From Spirochaetia bacterium (lineage in GTDB: Bacteria > Spirochaetota > Spirochaetia > UBA9216): a DNA stretch of 64,000 nucleotides. The stretch covers positions 715,542 through 779,541 of the forward strand of contig OZ223269.1 of the NCBI GenBank assembly GCA_965140585.1, in the 5' to 3' direction. Below, in pieces: positions 18,731 through 29,355 of this stretch (positions are counted from its first letter, which is position 1; each line of letters starts with the position of its first letter). The translations under genes were made by a program, and so were the position numbers. The notes below the pieces were generated by a model. It made no database searches. It was not told the origin of the DNA and worked only from the letters and a program-made list of their open reading frames with translations.

Positions 18731-21691
18731 ATGAATCTTGAAGAACTGAGATTTTACTATGACAAATTTAAATACGGTGAAGATAACTTTCATAATCTGA
18801 TGCAGTACCGCGTTAAAGAGATACTTCTTATTTCTACTTTCTACGATGCTTACATATTTGAGCATGATTCTCTTCTTTCAGAGCAGATAGTTGGTGAGTA
18901 TCACCAGCTTAACCTGACAACTGTGCCGAGAATCACCAGCACGCCTACCGGTGCTGATGCGCTTAACCTGCTTCGTGAAAGACGTTTTGATCTTGTAATC
19001 ACAACTCTGAGGACAGGTGAAGAGAGCAGTTTTGAACTATCTGCCAAGATTAAGGAAGTGCAGCCTGATGTTCCTGTAATACTGCTTTTAACGGTGCAGT
19101 CTGATATAGCCCTAGTAAACAGAAACCGGAACAGGCTTGAGCATATCGAGAATATATTTCTATGGAACGGAGATTCAAAGCTTATTCTCGCAATGATAAA
19201 GTTTATCGAGGATAAGAAAAATGCTCCCTATGATACTGAACATGGCCTGGTTAAGGTTATACTGCTGGTTGAAGATTCAATTAACTTCATCTCGATATAT
19301 CTGCCTCTGCTGTATACCGAGATCATGGAGCAGACTCAGAGGCTTATTTCCGAAGAGCTGAATGACAACCAGAAATACAACCGGATGCGTACGAGGCCTA
19401 AGGTAATAGTTACTGACAGTTACGAAAAAGGTGTGGAGCTTTATGAACAGTACCAGGAGCATATTCTTTGCGTCATGTCTGATATGGAATTTTATAAAGA
19501 TAATGCGCTGGATGGAGACGCCGGAATTAAATTCCTTGGCAAGATCAGAAATGAGAATCCTGACATGCCCTGTATTCTGCAGTCGTCAGTACTGACAAAC
19601 AGGAGGAGGGCTGAGCAGCTTGGCGTTAATTTCTTTCATAAACAGTCACAGTTTCTTCTGAAAGATCTGCGGAATTTCATTATCGAAAATCTGGGCTTCG
19701 GTGACCTGGTTTTCAGGGATGAAGACGGCGGTGAAATAGCGAGGGCCAGAAATCTGGGTGATTTTGAAAGAATCATTCCTGAGCTTCCCCTGGAATCACT
19801 GCTGAGTCACAGCCGGAAAAAGGATTTCTCATCATGGCTGATTGCGCATGGAGAAATGCAGCTTGCACGTATTCTGCGTCCGGTCGAAGCAGAAGATTTT
19901 AATAACTATGATACATATCGCAAGTATCTGCTTCAGCAGTTTATGAAGCTGCGTCGTATGAGAAACCGCGGAAAGATAGTCAGCCTTAATCTCGAAAGTT
20001 TAAAGAATGACGGTGTAATCAATCGAATCGGTTCTGGCTCTCTAGGCGGAAAGGGCCGTGGACTTGCTTTTTTCAATTCATTTCTCGTAACGACCGAGTT
20101 TGAAAATAAATTTAAGGATGTTCTGGTTAAAATTCCAAGAACAACCATCATCGGAACTTCGGTGTTCAGTGATTTTGTAAATGAAAACAACCTTTTTGAA
20201 CTCAGGAACAGTCCAGATGACGAAGATATCAAACATAAATTTGTAGCTGGAAAGCTCTCGCCGTTTGTTATTGAAAGACTGATGCTTTTTCTTGAAGAAG
20301 TCAGGGTTCCCCTGGCAGTACGTTCCTCGGGGCTTCTGGAAGATTCACAGTCTCAGCCCTTTGCCGGTGTTTATCAGACATACATGATTCCAAATAATGA
20401 TAACAGCATTGAGCAGCGCCTGAAACAGCTTACAAATGCTATAAAACTCGTTTATTCATCCGTATTTTTAAATAACACCCGGAAGTACATTGAAAATCTT
20501 AACTACCTCATTGAGGAAGAGCGAATGGCCGTAGTAATACAGGAAGTCGTAGGGCGTACATATGACAGCTATTATTACCCGCATGTTTCCGGTGTAGGGC
20601 AGTCGTTTAATTACTATCCACTGGGAAATATGAAAAATACTGATGGAGTTGCTTCGATTGCCGTGGGTCTTGGGCAGGCTGTCGTTGACGGTGAGAAGAA
20701 CTATAGATTCTGTCCGGAATATCCTACTGTTTCGTATCTTTCCGATGAGGAGATTGTAAAGTCTACGCAGACTCATTTCTATGCGATAGATCTGGATAAA
20801 AAAGATACTGACATCCTGAAGGGCGAATATGAAACACTCTCCAGGCTGCGCGTGAATGTTGCCGAAAAGCACCGGAATCTTTATCACATGGCATCAGTCT
20901 GGGATTCTCAAAACCAGAGGATGGTGGATGGTATCAGTTCGCCCGGGCCCAGAGTAATTAATTTTGCAAATATTCTGAAATACAATGTATTCCCCCTCTC
21001 AGATATTGTTAAAGAAGTTCTTGAGATGGCACAGGCTGCACTTGGAGTTCCTGTTGAAATTGAATTTGCTGTTGATTTAACTAAAACTACTGATGAACTG
21101 CCGTCCTTTTATCTGCTTCAGGTTCGTCCTATGACAGTTAATCTTGATGAGGCTTGTATCGATTTTAAAAGTCTTGATAAGGATGATTTGATTCTCTATA
21201 CAGAGGAAGGGCTTGGAAACGGGCTCATCGATGATATCAGGGATATAATTTTCATAGCCCCGGAGGATTTTGATAATACAAAGACTATGGAAATGCAGCT
21301 GGAAATTGAAATGCTCAACGATAAGATGAAAGAAGCGGGTAGGGAATACATCCTTATTGCTCCCGGACGCTGGGGTTCACGTGACAGATTTCTCGGAATT
21401 CCTGTTTTGTGGTCTCAAATAAGCAAAGCCAGGGTAATTGTTGAGGTTGGACTTGAAAATTTTGATATTGAACCCTCACAGGGTACTCATTTTTTTCATA
21501 ATGTCGTTGCAATGAATATTGGCTATTTTAATGTTCCTCATAAGAAGAAAAAAAGGTCAAATATTGATTGGAATCACATAAAAAGCTTTAAAGGTGCTGT
21601 AAAGTATCAATATTTCACGCATATTGTGAATGATACACCATTTAAAGTTATCATGGATGGTAAAAACTCTATGTCTATCATACAAAAGTAA
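18731..21691 (+). CDS. Multi-domain signalling protein: pseudo-receiver + canonical receiver domain fused to a PEP/pyruvate-binding (PPDK_N, ATP-grasp) kinase-like domain
   Basis: 986 aa. Second receiver has LLVEDS, SDMEFY (phospho-Asp), PCILQSS and K. Then GSGSLGGKGRGLAFF glycine-rich loop and ATP-grasp-like core. C-terminal PGRWGSRD...GIPVLW resembles a swivel domain but has no His. Confidence 0.6.
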   Translation: MNLEELRFYYDKFKYGEDNFHNLMQYRVKEILLISTFYDAYIFEHDSLLSEQIVGEYHQLNLTTVPRITSTPTGADALNLLRERRFDLVITTLRTGEESSFELSAKIKEVQPDVPVILLLTVQSDIALVNRNRNRLEHIENIFLWNGDSKLILAMIKFIEDKKNAPYDTEHGLVKVILLVEDSINFISIYLPLLYTEIMEQTQRLISEELNDNQKYNRMRTRPKVIVTDSYEKGVELYEQYQEHILCVMSDMEFYKDNALDGDAGIKFLGKIRNENPDMPCILQSSVLTNRRRAEQLGVNFFHKQSQFLLKDLRNFIIENLGFGDLVFRDEDGGEIARARNLGDFERIIPELPLESLLSHSRKKDFSSWLIAHGEMQLARILRPVEAEDFNNYDTYRKYLLQQFMKLRRMRNRGKIVSLNLESLKNDGVINRIGSGSLGGKGRGLAFFNSFLVTTEFENKFKDVLVKIPRTTIIGTSVFSDFVNENNLFELRNSPDDEDIKHKFVAGKLSPFVIERLMLFLEEVRVPLAVRSSGLLEDSQSQPFAGVYQTYMIPNNDNSIEQRLKQLTNAIKLVYSSVFLNNTRKYIENLNYLIEEERMAVVIQEVVGRTYDSYYYPHVSGVGQSFNYYPLGNMKNTDGVASIAVGLGQAVVDGEKNYRFCPEYPTVSYLSDEEIVKSTQTHFYAIDLDKKDTDILKGEYETLSRLRVNVAEKHRNLYHMASVWDSQNQRMVDGISSPGPRVINFANILKYNVFPLSDIVKEVLEMAQAALGVPVEIEFAVDLTKTTDELPSFYLLQVRPMTVNLDEACIDFKSLDKDDLILYTEEGLGNGLIDDIRDIIFIAPEDFDNTKTMEMQLEIEMLNDKMKEAGREYILIAPGRWGSRDRFLGIPVLWSQISKARVIVEVGLENFDIEPSQGTHFFHNVVAMNIGYFNVPHKKKKRSNIDWNHIKSFKGAVKYQYFTHIVNDTPFKVIMDGKNSMSIIQK

Positions 21692-21735
21692 GAGATATAA
21701 CAGAGATTTATGTGAAAAAAATGAAGTAAAATTTC

Positions 21736-23154
<1,419 letters not shown>

Positions 23155-23194
23155 TCAGGTTAAAAATTTAATCACTTTTTCCAACTAATATTTT

Positions 23195-23234
23195 GAGCTG
23201 TCCGTAGTGTTACTTCGGACAGCTCTTTTAATTT
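23195..23234. terminator. Bidirectional intrinsic terminator between convergent gdhA and the ygeW operon
   Basis: GAGCTGTCCG-11 nt loop-CGGACAGCTC. Flanked by TTTT on the + strand and AAAA upstream, which gives a U-tract for the minus strand. Confidence 0.7.
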
Positions 23235-23244
23235 AAAACAATTT

Positions 23245-24444
23245 CTATATTAAAGATCTTAAAGATGACTTTTTAATAAGATCATGAATTCCTGAAACAG
23301 GATTCCTGACCTTGCTTAAAAAGATCATGGCAGCAATTATATAGGGTTTATACCCTGCTTCTATATAAGTTGTTTTTCTATACCTGTCAAATACAGATGC
23401 TGCTACCTCTCCATGTTCACAGCTTACACCGCTTATGTCTGCAGGCAGGCAGTGCATATAAACAGCCTTTCCATCTTTTGTCTTTCTCATCAGTTCTTCA
23501 CTGCATTCCCATGACATATAATCTTTGTTCTGTTCTAGACAGTTTTTCTCTAACTGAACCAGACCTTCCCGATCATTTTCACGAAACAGCTTGGTGCGTT
23601 TTTCCATTACGCTGAAAGGCGCCCAGCTTTTCGGGTACACAATATCAGCCCCTTCAAAGGCTTCTTCCATTGAGTTTGTGACATTAAAGCTTCCGCCGCT
23701 TTTGGTAGAAAATCCTTTTGCAATTTCAACGGTTTCATCTATTAGGTTATACCCCGGCGGATAAGCAAGACTCACATCCATTCCAAAACGGCTCATTAAC
23801 CCGATTACGCCCTGCGGAACAGAAAGAGGTTTTCCGTAGGATGGGGAGTAAGCCCAGGTCATTGCAACTTTTTTCCCCTTTAGCTGGTCAACACCGCCGA
23901 AGGTATTTATTAGGTGAAGTGTATCAGCCATAGCCTGGGTTGGATGGTCAAGATCGCACTGAAGGTTAACAAGTGCAGGTTTTGAAGGTATAATACCGTC
24001 CTTAAAATCTTCACTTAGAGATTTTGCAACCTCTGTCATGTAGGTATGTCCTTCACCTATGAAGATATCGTCTCTTATTCCGATTGCTTCTGTTAGAAAA
24101 CTAATCATACAAGCGGTCTCTCTGACTGTTTCACCGTGTGCTATCTGAGATTTCTGTTCATCAAGATCCTGTACCGTAAGACCCAGAAGGTTTGCAGCGC
24201 TGGCAAATGAAAACCTTGTTCGAGTGGAATTATCCCTGAAGATTGAAACAGCAAGACCGGAATCAAATATTCTTGGAGATATATTGCTTTTACGCAGCAG
24301 CCTGAGCAGTTCAGCAGTTTTAAAAACAGCATCAATTTCTTCGAATGTTTTATCCCAGGTGAGAAGAAAATCTCCTCCAAACATTTTAGACCAGTCAAGG
24401 CCGTTAAGTTCAGTCAGTAATTTTTTTATTTCCTTGTTCTCCAT
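23245..24444 (-). CDS. ygeW: YgeW-type knotted carbamoyltransferase
   Basis: 399 aa. Co-linear with E. coli YgeW (FRDNSTRTRFS.ASA.NLLGL, SQIAHGETVRETA.MISF, LVNLQCD.DHPTQ.MAD, HCLPADISGVSC). Last gene of the long minus-strand operon. Confidence 0.9.
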   Translation of the reverse strand: MENKEIKKLLTELNGLDWSKMFGGDFLLTWDKTFEEIDAVFKTAELLRLLRKSNISPRIFDSGLAVSIFRDNSTRTRFSFASAANLLGLTVQDLDEQKSQIAHGETVRETACMISFLTEAIGIRDDIFIGEGHTYMTEVAKSLSEDFKDGIIPSKPALVNLQCDLDHPTQAMADTLHLINTFGGVDQLKGKKVAMTWAYSPSYGKPLSVPQGVIGLMSRFGMDVSLAYPPGYNLIDETVEIAKGFSTKSGGSFNVTNSMEEAFEGADIVYPKSWAPFSVMEKRTKLFRENDREGLVQLEKNCLEQNKDYMSWECSEELMRKTKDGKAVYMHCLPADISGVSCEHGEVAASVFDRYRKTTYIEAGYKPYIIAAMIFLSKVRNPVSGIHDLIKKSSLRSLI

Positions 24445-24474
24445 CTTTATCCTCTCTTTCAGAAAATTCGTCTT

Positions 24475-25836
24475 TTAAAATTTATTAAGAAGTGCTGAAG
24501 AAATTTCCCTTGTTTTGAATGAAAGTTCATCTTCATCAAATCCTGTAAGTTCTCCTTTGCAGACGGTAATCTTTCCGTTAACTATTGTATATTTAGTTGT
24601 ATGATTATGACCGCAGAAAATAAGTGATGCGAGCGGGTCGGACTCTGAGCCTGCGTATTCCAGTCCTGAAATATCAAAAACTGCAACATCTGCAGCATAG
24701 CCCTGTTTAATATATCCGATAGTATCGTAATTAAGTGTTTTGGCTCCACCTGCAGAAGCGATACCGAAAGCCTCTTTGACTGTCAAACCGGATGCTCCGT
24801 ATTTGATTCTCTGCAGCATCAGAGCAGTTCTTATCTCACCCAGCATGTCGCAGCTGTCATTTGAAGCTGAACCGTCAACAGCAAGACTGACATTTATTCC
24901 ACGGTCAATCATCTCTCTGACTCGCGCTATTCCTGAGCCAAGACGCATGTTCGATGAAGGGCAATGACATATACTGCATCCGGAATCTTTGAGGTAAGAA
25001 AGTTCTTCATCATTGAAATGTATTCCATGGGCAAAAGAAACATCATGACCGGTAAAATCACAGCTTTTCATCAGCTCCAGTGGCCTTATTCCATGTTTAT
25101 TGATACAGAAATCATTCTCATCGTGGGTTTCGGCCAGATGAGTATGCAAAAGTACATTCTTCTCACGAGCAAGTAAGGCTGTTTCTTTCATTAGTTCTGT
25201 TGTCACTGAAAAAGGGCTGCATGGGGCCAGTATAATTCTCTGCATTGAATATTTATCAGCATCATGGAAATCTTTTATTACCCGTTCACTGTCTTTGATT
25301 ATTTCTGCACCTGTCTGTACCACTGAATCAGGAGGCAGGCCTCCATCCTTTCTGCTGAGCGACATGGAGCCTCTTGTGGGTGAAAAACGTAATCCCAGCT
25401 TTCCAGCTGCTTCAAACTGAAGCCCCATAATATCTCCGCTAAAGCCGGAAGGATAAAGATAATGGTGATCTGTTGAACATGTACATCCGGTTTTCATCAA
25501 TTCAGCAGCAGCGCAAAGTGAGGAATAATATACAGCATCAGAGTCAATATTCTTCCATTTTTCATAGAGAAAAACCAGCCATTCAAACAGTTCGGCATTC
25601 TGAACTTCCGGAAGGTTGCGAGTAAGGACCTGGTAGAAATGATGATGTGTATTCACAAACCCTGGAACCGCTATACAGCCGCTGCAGTCTATTATTTCAT
25701 GAGAAGGATAATGGGAAAAGTCCATGTCAGCTGTACTTATAACGGCCTCAATGGTATTTCCATTGATAATAAGGTTCACATCAGAATAAAGCTGTGATCC
25801 GTTGTATAAAGATTTAAGATTTTTCAGTATCAGCAT
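24475..25836 (-). CDS. TRZ/ATZ-family amidohydrolase (8-oxoguanine/guanine deaminase or chlorohydrolase-like)
   Basis: 453 aa. VPGFVNTHHHFYQ metal-binding motif. HTHLAETHDE. Downstream HGIHF...D also typical of this family. Confidence 0.75.
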   Translation of the reverse strand: MLILKNLKSLYNGSQLYSDVNLIINGNTIEAVISTADMDFSHYPSHEIIDCSGCIAVPGFVNTHHHFYQVLTRNLPEVQNAELFEWLVFLYEKWKNIDSDAVYYSSLCAAAELMKTGCTCSTDHHYLYPSGFSGDIMGLQFEAAGKLGLRFSPTRGSMSLSRKDGGLPPDSVVQTGAEIIKDSERVIKDFHDADKYSMQRIILAPCSPFSVTTELMKETALLAREKNVLLHTHLAETHDENDFCINKHGIRPLELMKSCDFTGHDVSFAHGIHFNDEELSYLKDSGCSICHCPSSNMRLGSGIARVREMIDRGINVSLAVDGSASNDSCDMLGEIRTALMLQRIKYGASGLTVKEAFGIASAGGAKTLNYDTIGYIKQGYAADVAVFDISGLEYAGSESDPLASLIFCGHNHTTKYTIVNGKITVCKGELTGFDEDELSFKTREISSALLNKF

Positions 25837-26737
25837 TTTTATCTCCGGTGGAAATGATAATCTCTTTTATCAGCCGAAGTGCAGTATTAAATCTGTACCT
25901 TGCGGTACTGCGCTGATCGTTAATGGGTTTTAAAAGGCTGGAATAAATTTCAACTGCACTGTCAATTTTTTTATGGTCTTCTGCAGGATTTATACCAATC
26001 AGCAGATCTTCAGCTTCCTCACTTCTTATTATCTGCGGACCGCATGCCCCGACTGCTATTCTTATATCTTCCAGAGATCCCTCAACCAGCTTCCATGCTG
26101 CTGCAATGTTCAGTTTGGATAATGCATTAGCAGCCCTTGTTCCGATTTTGATAAATCTCGTCTGTAATTCTGAATCATATGTCATGCTGATGCCGCGAAG
26201 AAGTTCACCTGCTTTAAGGTCGGTAGAACCCGGTCCTGTGATAAAATCATCTATCGCAATTTTCCTTATTGCTGTCCCGGCTTCACTGTTTTTTGTATTT
26301 ACTAATGAGATACATTCAATTTCAGTATCAAGTATATATAAAACAGGTAAGGAATCGGCGGCCGGACTTGCGTTGCATATATTGCCCGCAAGAGTCGCGG
26401 TATTTCGGATTCCCGGAGAGGCAATGTGCTTTAATGCTTCTACAAGAGGCGGAGGGGTATCACTGTGTTCAATCAGGTCGGACAGAACAACAGAAGCCCC
26501 GGCATAAAACAGCGAGCAGTCTTTTTCAATCACATCAAAATCTTTAATTCGTCCGGTATAGAAAATTTCAGAAAAATCTTGAATATTATTTTTTGAAGGA
26601 AATGAAGAAGACTGATTGAATATGGCATGACGTCTGACCATCAAATCTGTACCGCCTGATACAGGCACAAAACCTTTTTCGAGCAGAAGCAGTGCATCTT
26701 CTACATTTTTGGGTGAGAGATTCATTATTTCCGCCAT
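25814..26737 (-). CDS. Xanthine dehydrogenase family, FAD-binding subunit (set 1)
   Basis: 307 aa. CO-dehydrogenase flavoprotein-like N-terminus (VSGGTDLMV). Position in an Mo/2Fe-2S/FAD trio. Confidence 0.75.
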   Translation of the reverse strand: MAEIMNLSPKNVEDALLLLEKGFVPVSGGTDLMVRRHAIFNQSSSFPSKNNIQDFSEIFYTGRIKDFDVIEKDCSLFYAGASVVLSDLIEHSDTPPPLVEALKHIASPGIRNTATLAGNICNASPAADSLPVLYILDTEIECISLVNTKNSEAGTAIRKIAIDDFITGPGSTDLKAGELLRGISMTYDSELQTRFIKIGTRAANALSKLNIAAAWKLVEGSLEDIRIAVGACGPQIIRSEEAEDLLIGINPAEDHKKIDSAVEIYSSLLKPINDQRSTARYRFNTALRLIKEIIISTGDKNADTEKS

Positions 26738-27219
26738 ATGTGAGCTCCGTTTTCAGAGGCCTTTTTTACAGCTTCTATAATCATACTGTATCCAGTGCAG
26801 CGGCAGAGATTACCTGAAAGGCCTTCTTTTATTTGTTCACCGTCAGGAACCGGATTTTTTCTAAGCAGAGCAGCAGTTGCCAGAATAAAACCGGGAGTAC
26901 AGAATCCGCACTGCACAGCGCCGCATTGAGCATATGCTTCTGAAATTATCCGGAATTCCTCGGTTTTGCTGAATCCTTCGATAGTTATTATTTCATCGCC
27001 ATCTACTGCTGCCGCAGGAACGGTGCAGGAATTAACAAGCCTGCCGTTTCTGAAAACACTGCAGGCTCCGCATTCTCCCTCACCGCAGCCTTCCTTTACG
27101 CCCGTAAGTTGAAAATTATTCCGCAGAATATCAAGCAGCCGATCAGAAGGGCCGGCGGTTATTTCAATGTCTTTTCCGTTAAGATTAAATTTCAGGTTAA
27201 TTTTTACCTTGCTGTTCAT
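26725..27219 (-). CDS. Xanthine dehydrogenase family, [2Fe-2S] iron-sulfur subunit (set 1)
   Basis: 164 aa. CGEGECGACSV plant-ferredoxin cluster and CGFCTPG...CRCTGY second cluster. Confidence 0.85.
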   Translation of the reverse strand: MNSKVKINLKFNLNGKDIEITAGPSDRLLDILRNNFQLTGVKEGCGEGECGACSVFRNGRLVNSCTVPAAAVDGDEIITIEGFSKTEEFRIISEAYAQCGAVQCGFCTPGFILATAALLRKNPVPDGEQIKEGLSGNLCRCTGYSMIIEAVKKASENGAHIWRK

Positions 27220-29354
27220 GACTGTTCCTCGAGCATTTCCGGTGTTACAGGTATGCTGTACTGTATTTTTCCCACGGCCTGTGATACAGCTGCTGCTACA
27301 GCGGCAGCAGGACCTTCGTTTGGAAGTTCACCTGCAGCCTTGGCCCCAAAGGGGCCGCGGGGGTATGGGTTATCCATAAAATGGCATTCTGTCTCAGGAA
27401 AATCCATTGTCGTCGGGATGGTATAGTCTGTGAAAGAGGCCTGAGCGAATTGCCCTTTATGAAGTACCATGTTCTCTATTGTTGAATACCCGAAAGCCTG
27501 GGCTGTTCCTCCATGCATCTGGCCCTTCAGTATGTTTATGTCGATCGGTGTTCCTACATCATAAACCGCCCAGGAACCCTTTATTTCAATCTGCCTGGTT
27601 AAACTGTCAATTTCGACTTCTACAACATTTACTGACCAGCTATACCCCGGATAAGCATCACCGCTGAATGTCTTTTCATCCCAAACAAGTTCTGCTGGAT
27701 GCATATACCGCTTTTCTACGGTAATTTCATCTGAATAATTTCTTACAGAATCTTTGAGTTTTAATGATAGTTCAGCTGCAGCATCAGCGAGAAGCTTGCC
27801 GACAATCATTACCGTGCGGGAAGCTACCGTCGGCCCAGAATCAGGAACCTCAGCAGTATCAGGCTGCTGAAAAACAATGTTACAAAGCGGGATATTCATT
27901 GTTTCAGCAACGATCTTTCTAAGAGTGGTTGATGCTCCCTGACCCATTTCAACATTTGAAACCAGCACTGTTATTACGGGTTTCTCAGGGTCGGAATCGG
28001 CCGGAGAAGCTTTCAGCCTTACGAGACTTTTTATGATTTCCTGTTCACCGCTTCCGGTAAAGGCGCCTCCGTGTGCAGCATATGAAATACCTATGCCGCG
28101 TATCTTATGGCTTTGCAAATTTTCCGGCTTTGAATAACGTTCATATTTTTCTGTATATCCGGATACTTTATTAACCTTCTCAAACATCTGTTTAAGAAGT
28201 ATATCATCGCGGAAAAGCCCTCCGGTAACCGACAGGTCTCCTTTTTTAAGCAAATGATTTAATTTAAACTCGGATGGATCCTGTTTAAGTGCCTTTGCGA
28301 CTGCATACATATTCATCTCTGCGGCAAACAAAGCCTGCGGGCCTCCAAACCCTCTGAACGCTCCTGAAGGCACATGATTTGTTTTCATGGTTCTGCCGCG
28401 GACATTCAGATTCTCTATATTGTAAGCTCCGCTGCAGATAAAAACTGCTCGTTCAAGAACTACCCCCGATAGAGTCTGAAATGCCCCGGCGTCAATTTTT
28501 GTATCAATATCAAGTGCTGTAATCCGGTTATCTTTATCTACCGCTGTACGGATACGTATGACTGAAGGATGGCGTTTTGGAGTGACGGTCATGTCATACC
28601 TGCGGTCAAGTACTATTCTAACAGGCGAACCGGATTTTATTGCTGCGGCTGCCGCCTGTGATGCCAGTATGGAAGGATAATCCTCCTTGCCTCCAAAGGC
28701 TCCTCCCGTGACAGACTGGATAATCCGTATCTTCTCGGGGGCAATTTTGAAACTGGCCGCAAGTGAGTTTTTTACGTAGTAGGGACATTGCAGGGAGCCG
28801 TAGATCATCAGGGAGCCGTCATTATAGACTGCAGTCATTGCCTGGGGTTCCATATATGCCTGTTCCTGAATACCTGTACTGAATTCATTAACAAATATTT
28901 TCCATGCCGAACTGAAGCTTTTTTCAGGATCACCTTTTTTGATATGATAGTCATTGAACCACTCTACAGCTTCACTGATTCCGGAAATAGCGTCTGTCCG
29001 GATATAATCAATTTTAATATCCGAAGCCAGTTGCCTGCATATGTTCCGGTCAGGTCCTGATACAACACATAAGGTCTGGCCGTAGAAGGAAATTTCCTTT
29101 GCAGCAAAAATCGGCCAGTCCTGTGCAACAATGCTTGCTCTGTTCAGGCCGTCTATATCATCTGCTCCAGTTATGAAATAACCTTCAGGCAGTTCGGGGT
29201 AATGGATAGATTCAATAGTTCCGCATTGAATGGAGGAGGCTACCGGTATGCCCCAGGTAAGTCCTTCAAAATCGAGATCCGCGGTGTACTTCGCTTTTCC
29301 TGATGCTTTAGAAGCGGCATCTGTTCTGATTACCGGATTACTGATTTTGTGCAT
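27216..29354 (-). CDS. Xanthine dehydrogenase family, molybdopterin-binding large subunit (set 1)
   Basis: 712 aa. Aldehyde oxidase/xanthine DH a/b hammerhead and MoCo-binding regions (GGAFGGK, SGAFRGFGGPQ). Confidence 0.85.
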   Translation of the reverse strand: MHKISNPVIRTDAASKASGKAKYTADLDFEGLTWGIPVASSIQCGTIESIHYPELPEGYFITGADDIDGLNRASIVAQDWPIFAAKEISFYGQTLCVVSGPDRNICRQLASDIKIDYIRTDAISGISEAVEWFNDYHIKKGDPEKSFSSAWKIFVNEFSTGIQEQAYMEPQAMTAVYNDGSLMIYGSLQCPYYVKNSLAASFKIAPEKIRIIQSVTGGAFGGKEDYPSILASQAAAAAIKSGSPVRIVLDRRYDMTVTPKRHPSVIRIRTAVDKDNRITALDIDTKIDAGAFQTLSGVVLERAVFICSGAYNIENLNVRGRTMKTNHVPSGAFRGFGGPQALFAAEMNMYAVAKALKQDPSEFKLNHLLKKGDLSVTGGLFRDDILLKQMFEKVNKVSGYTEKYERYSKPENLQSHKIRGIGISYAAHGGAFTGSGEQEIIKSLVRLKASPADSDPEKPVITVLVSNVEMGQGASTTLRKIVAETMNIPLCNIVFQQPDTAEVPDSGPTVASRTVMIVGKLLADAAAELSLKLKDSVRNYSDEITVEKRYMHPAELVWDEKTFSGDAYPGYSWSVNVVEVEIDSLTRQIEIKGSWAVYDVGTPIDINILKGQMHGGTAQAFGYSTIENMVLHKGQFAQASFTDYTIPTTMDFPETECHFMDNPYPRGPFGAKAAGELPNEGPAAAVAAAVSQAVGKIQYSIPVTPEMLEEQS

Positions 29355-29355
29355 A

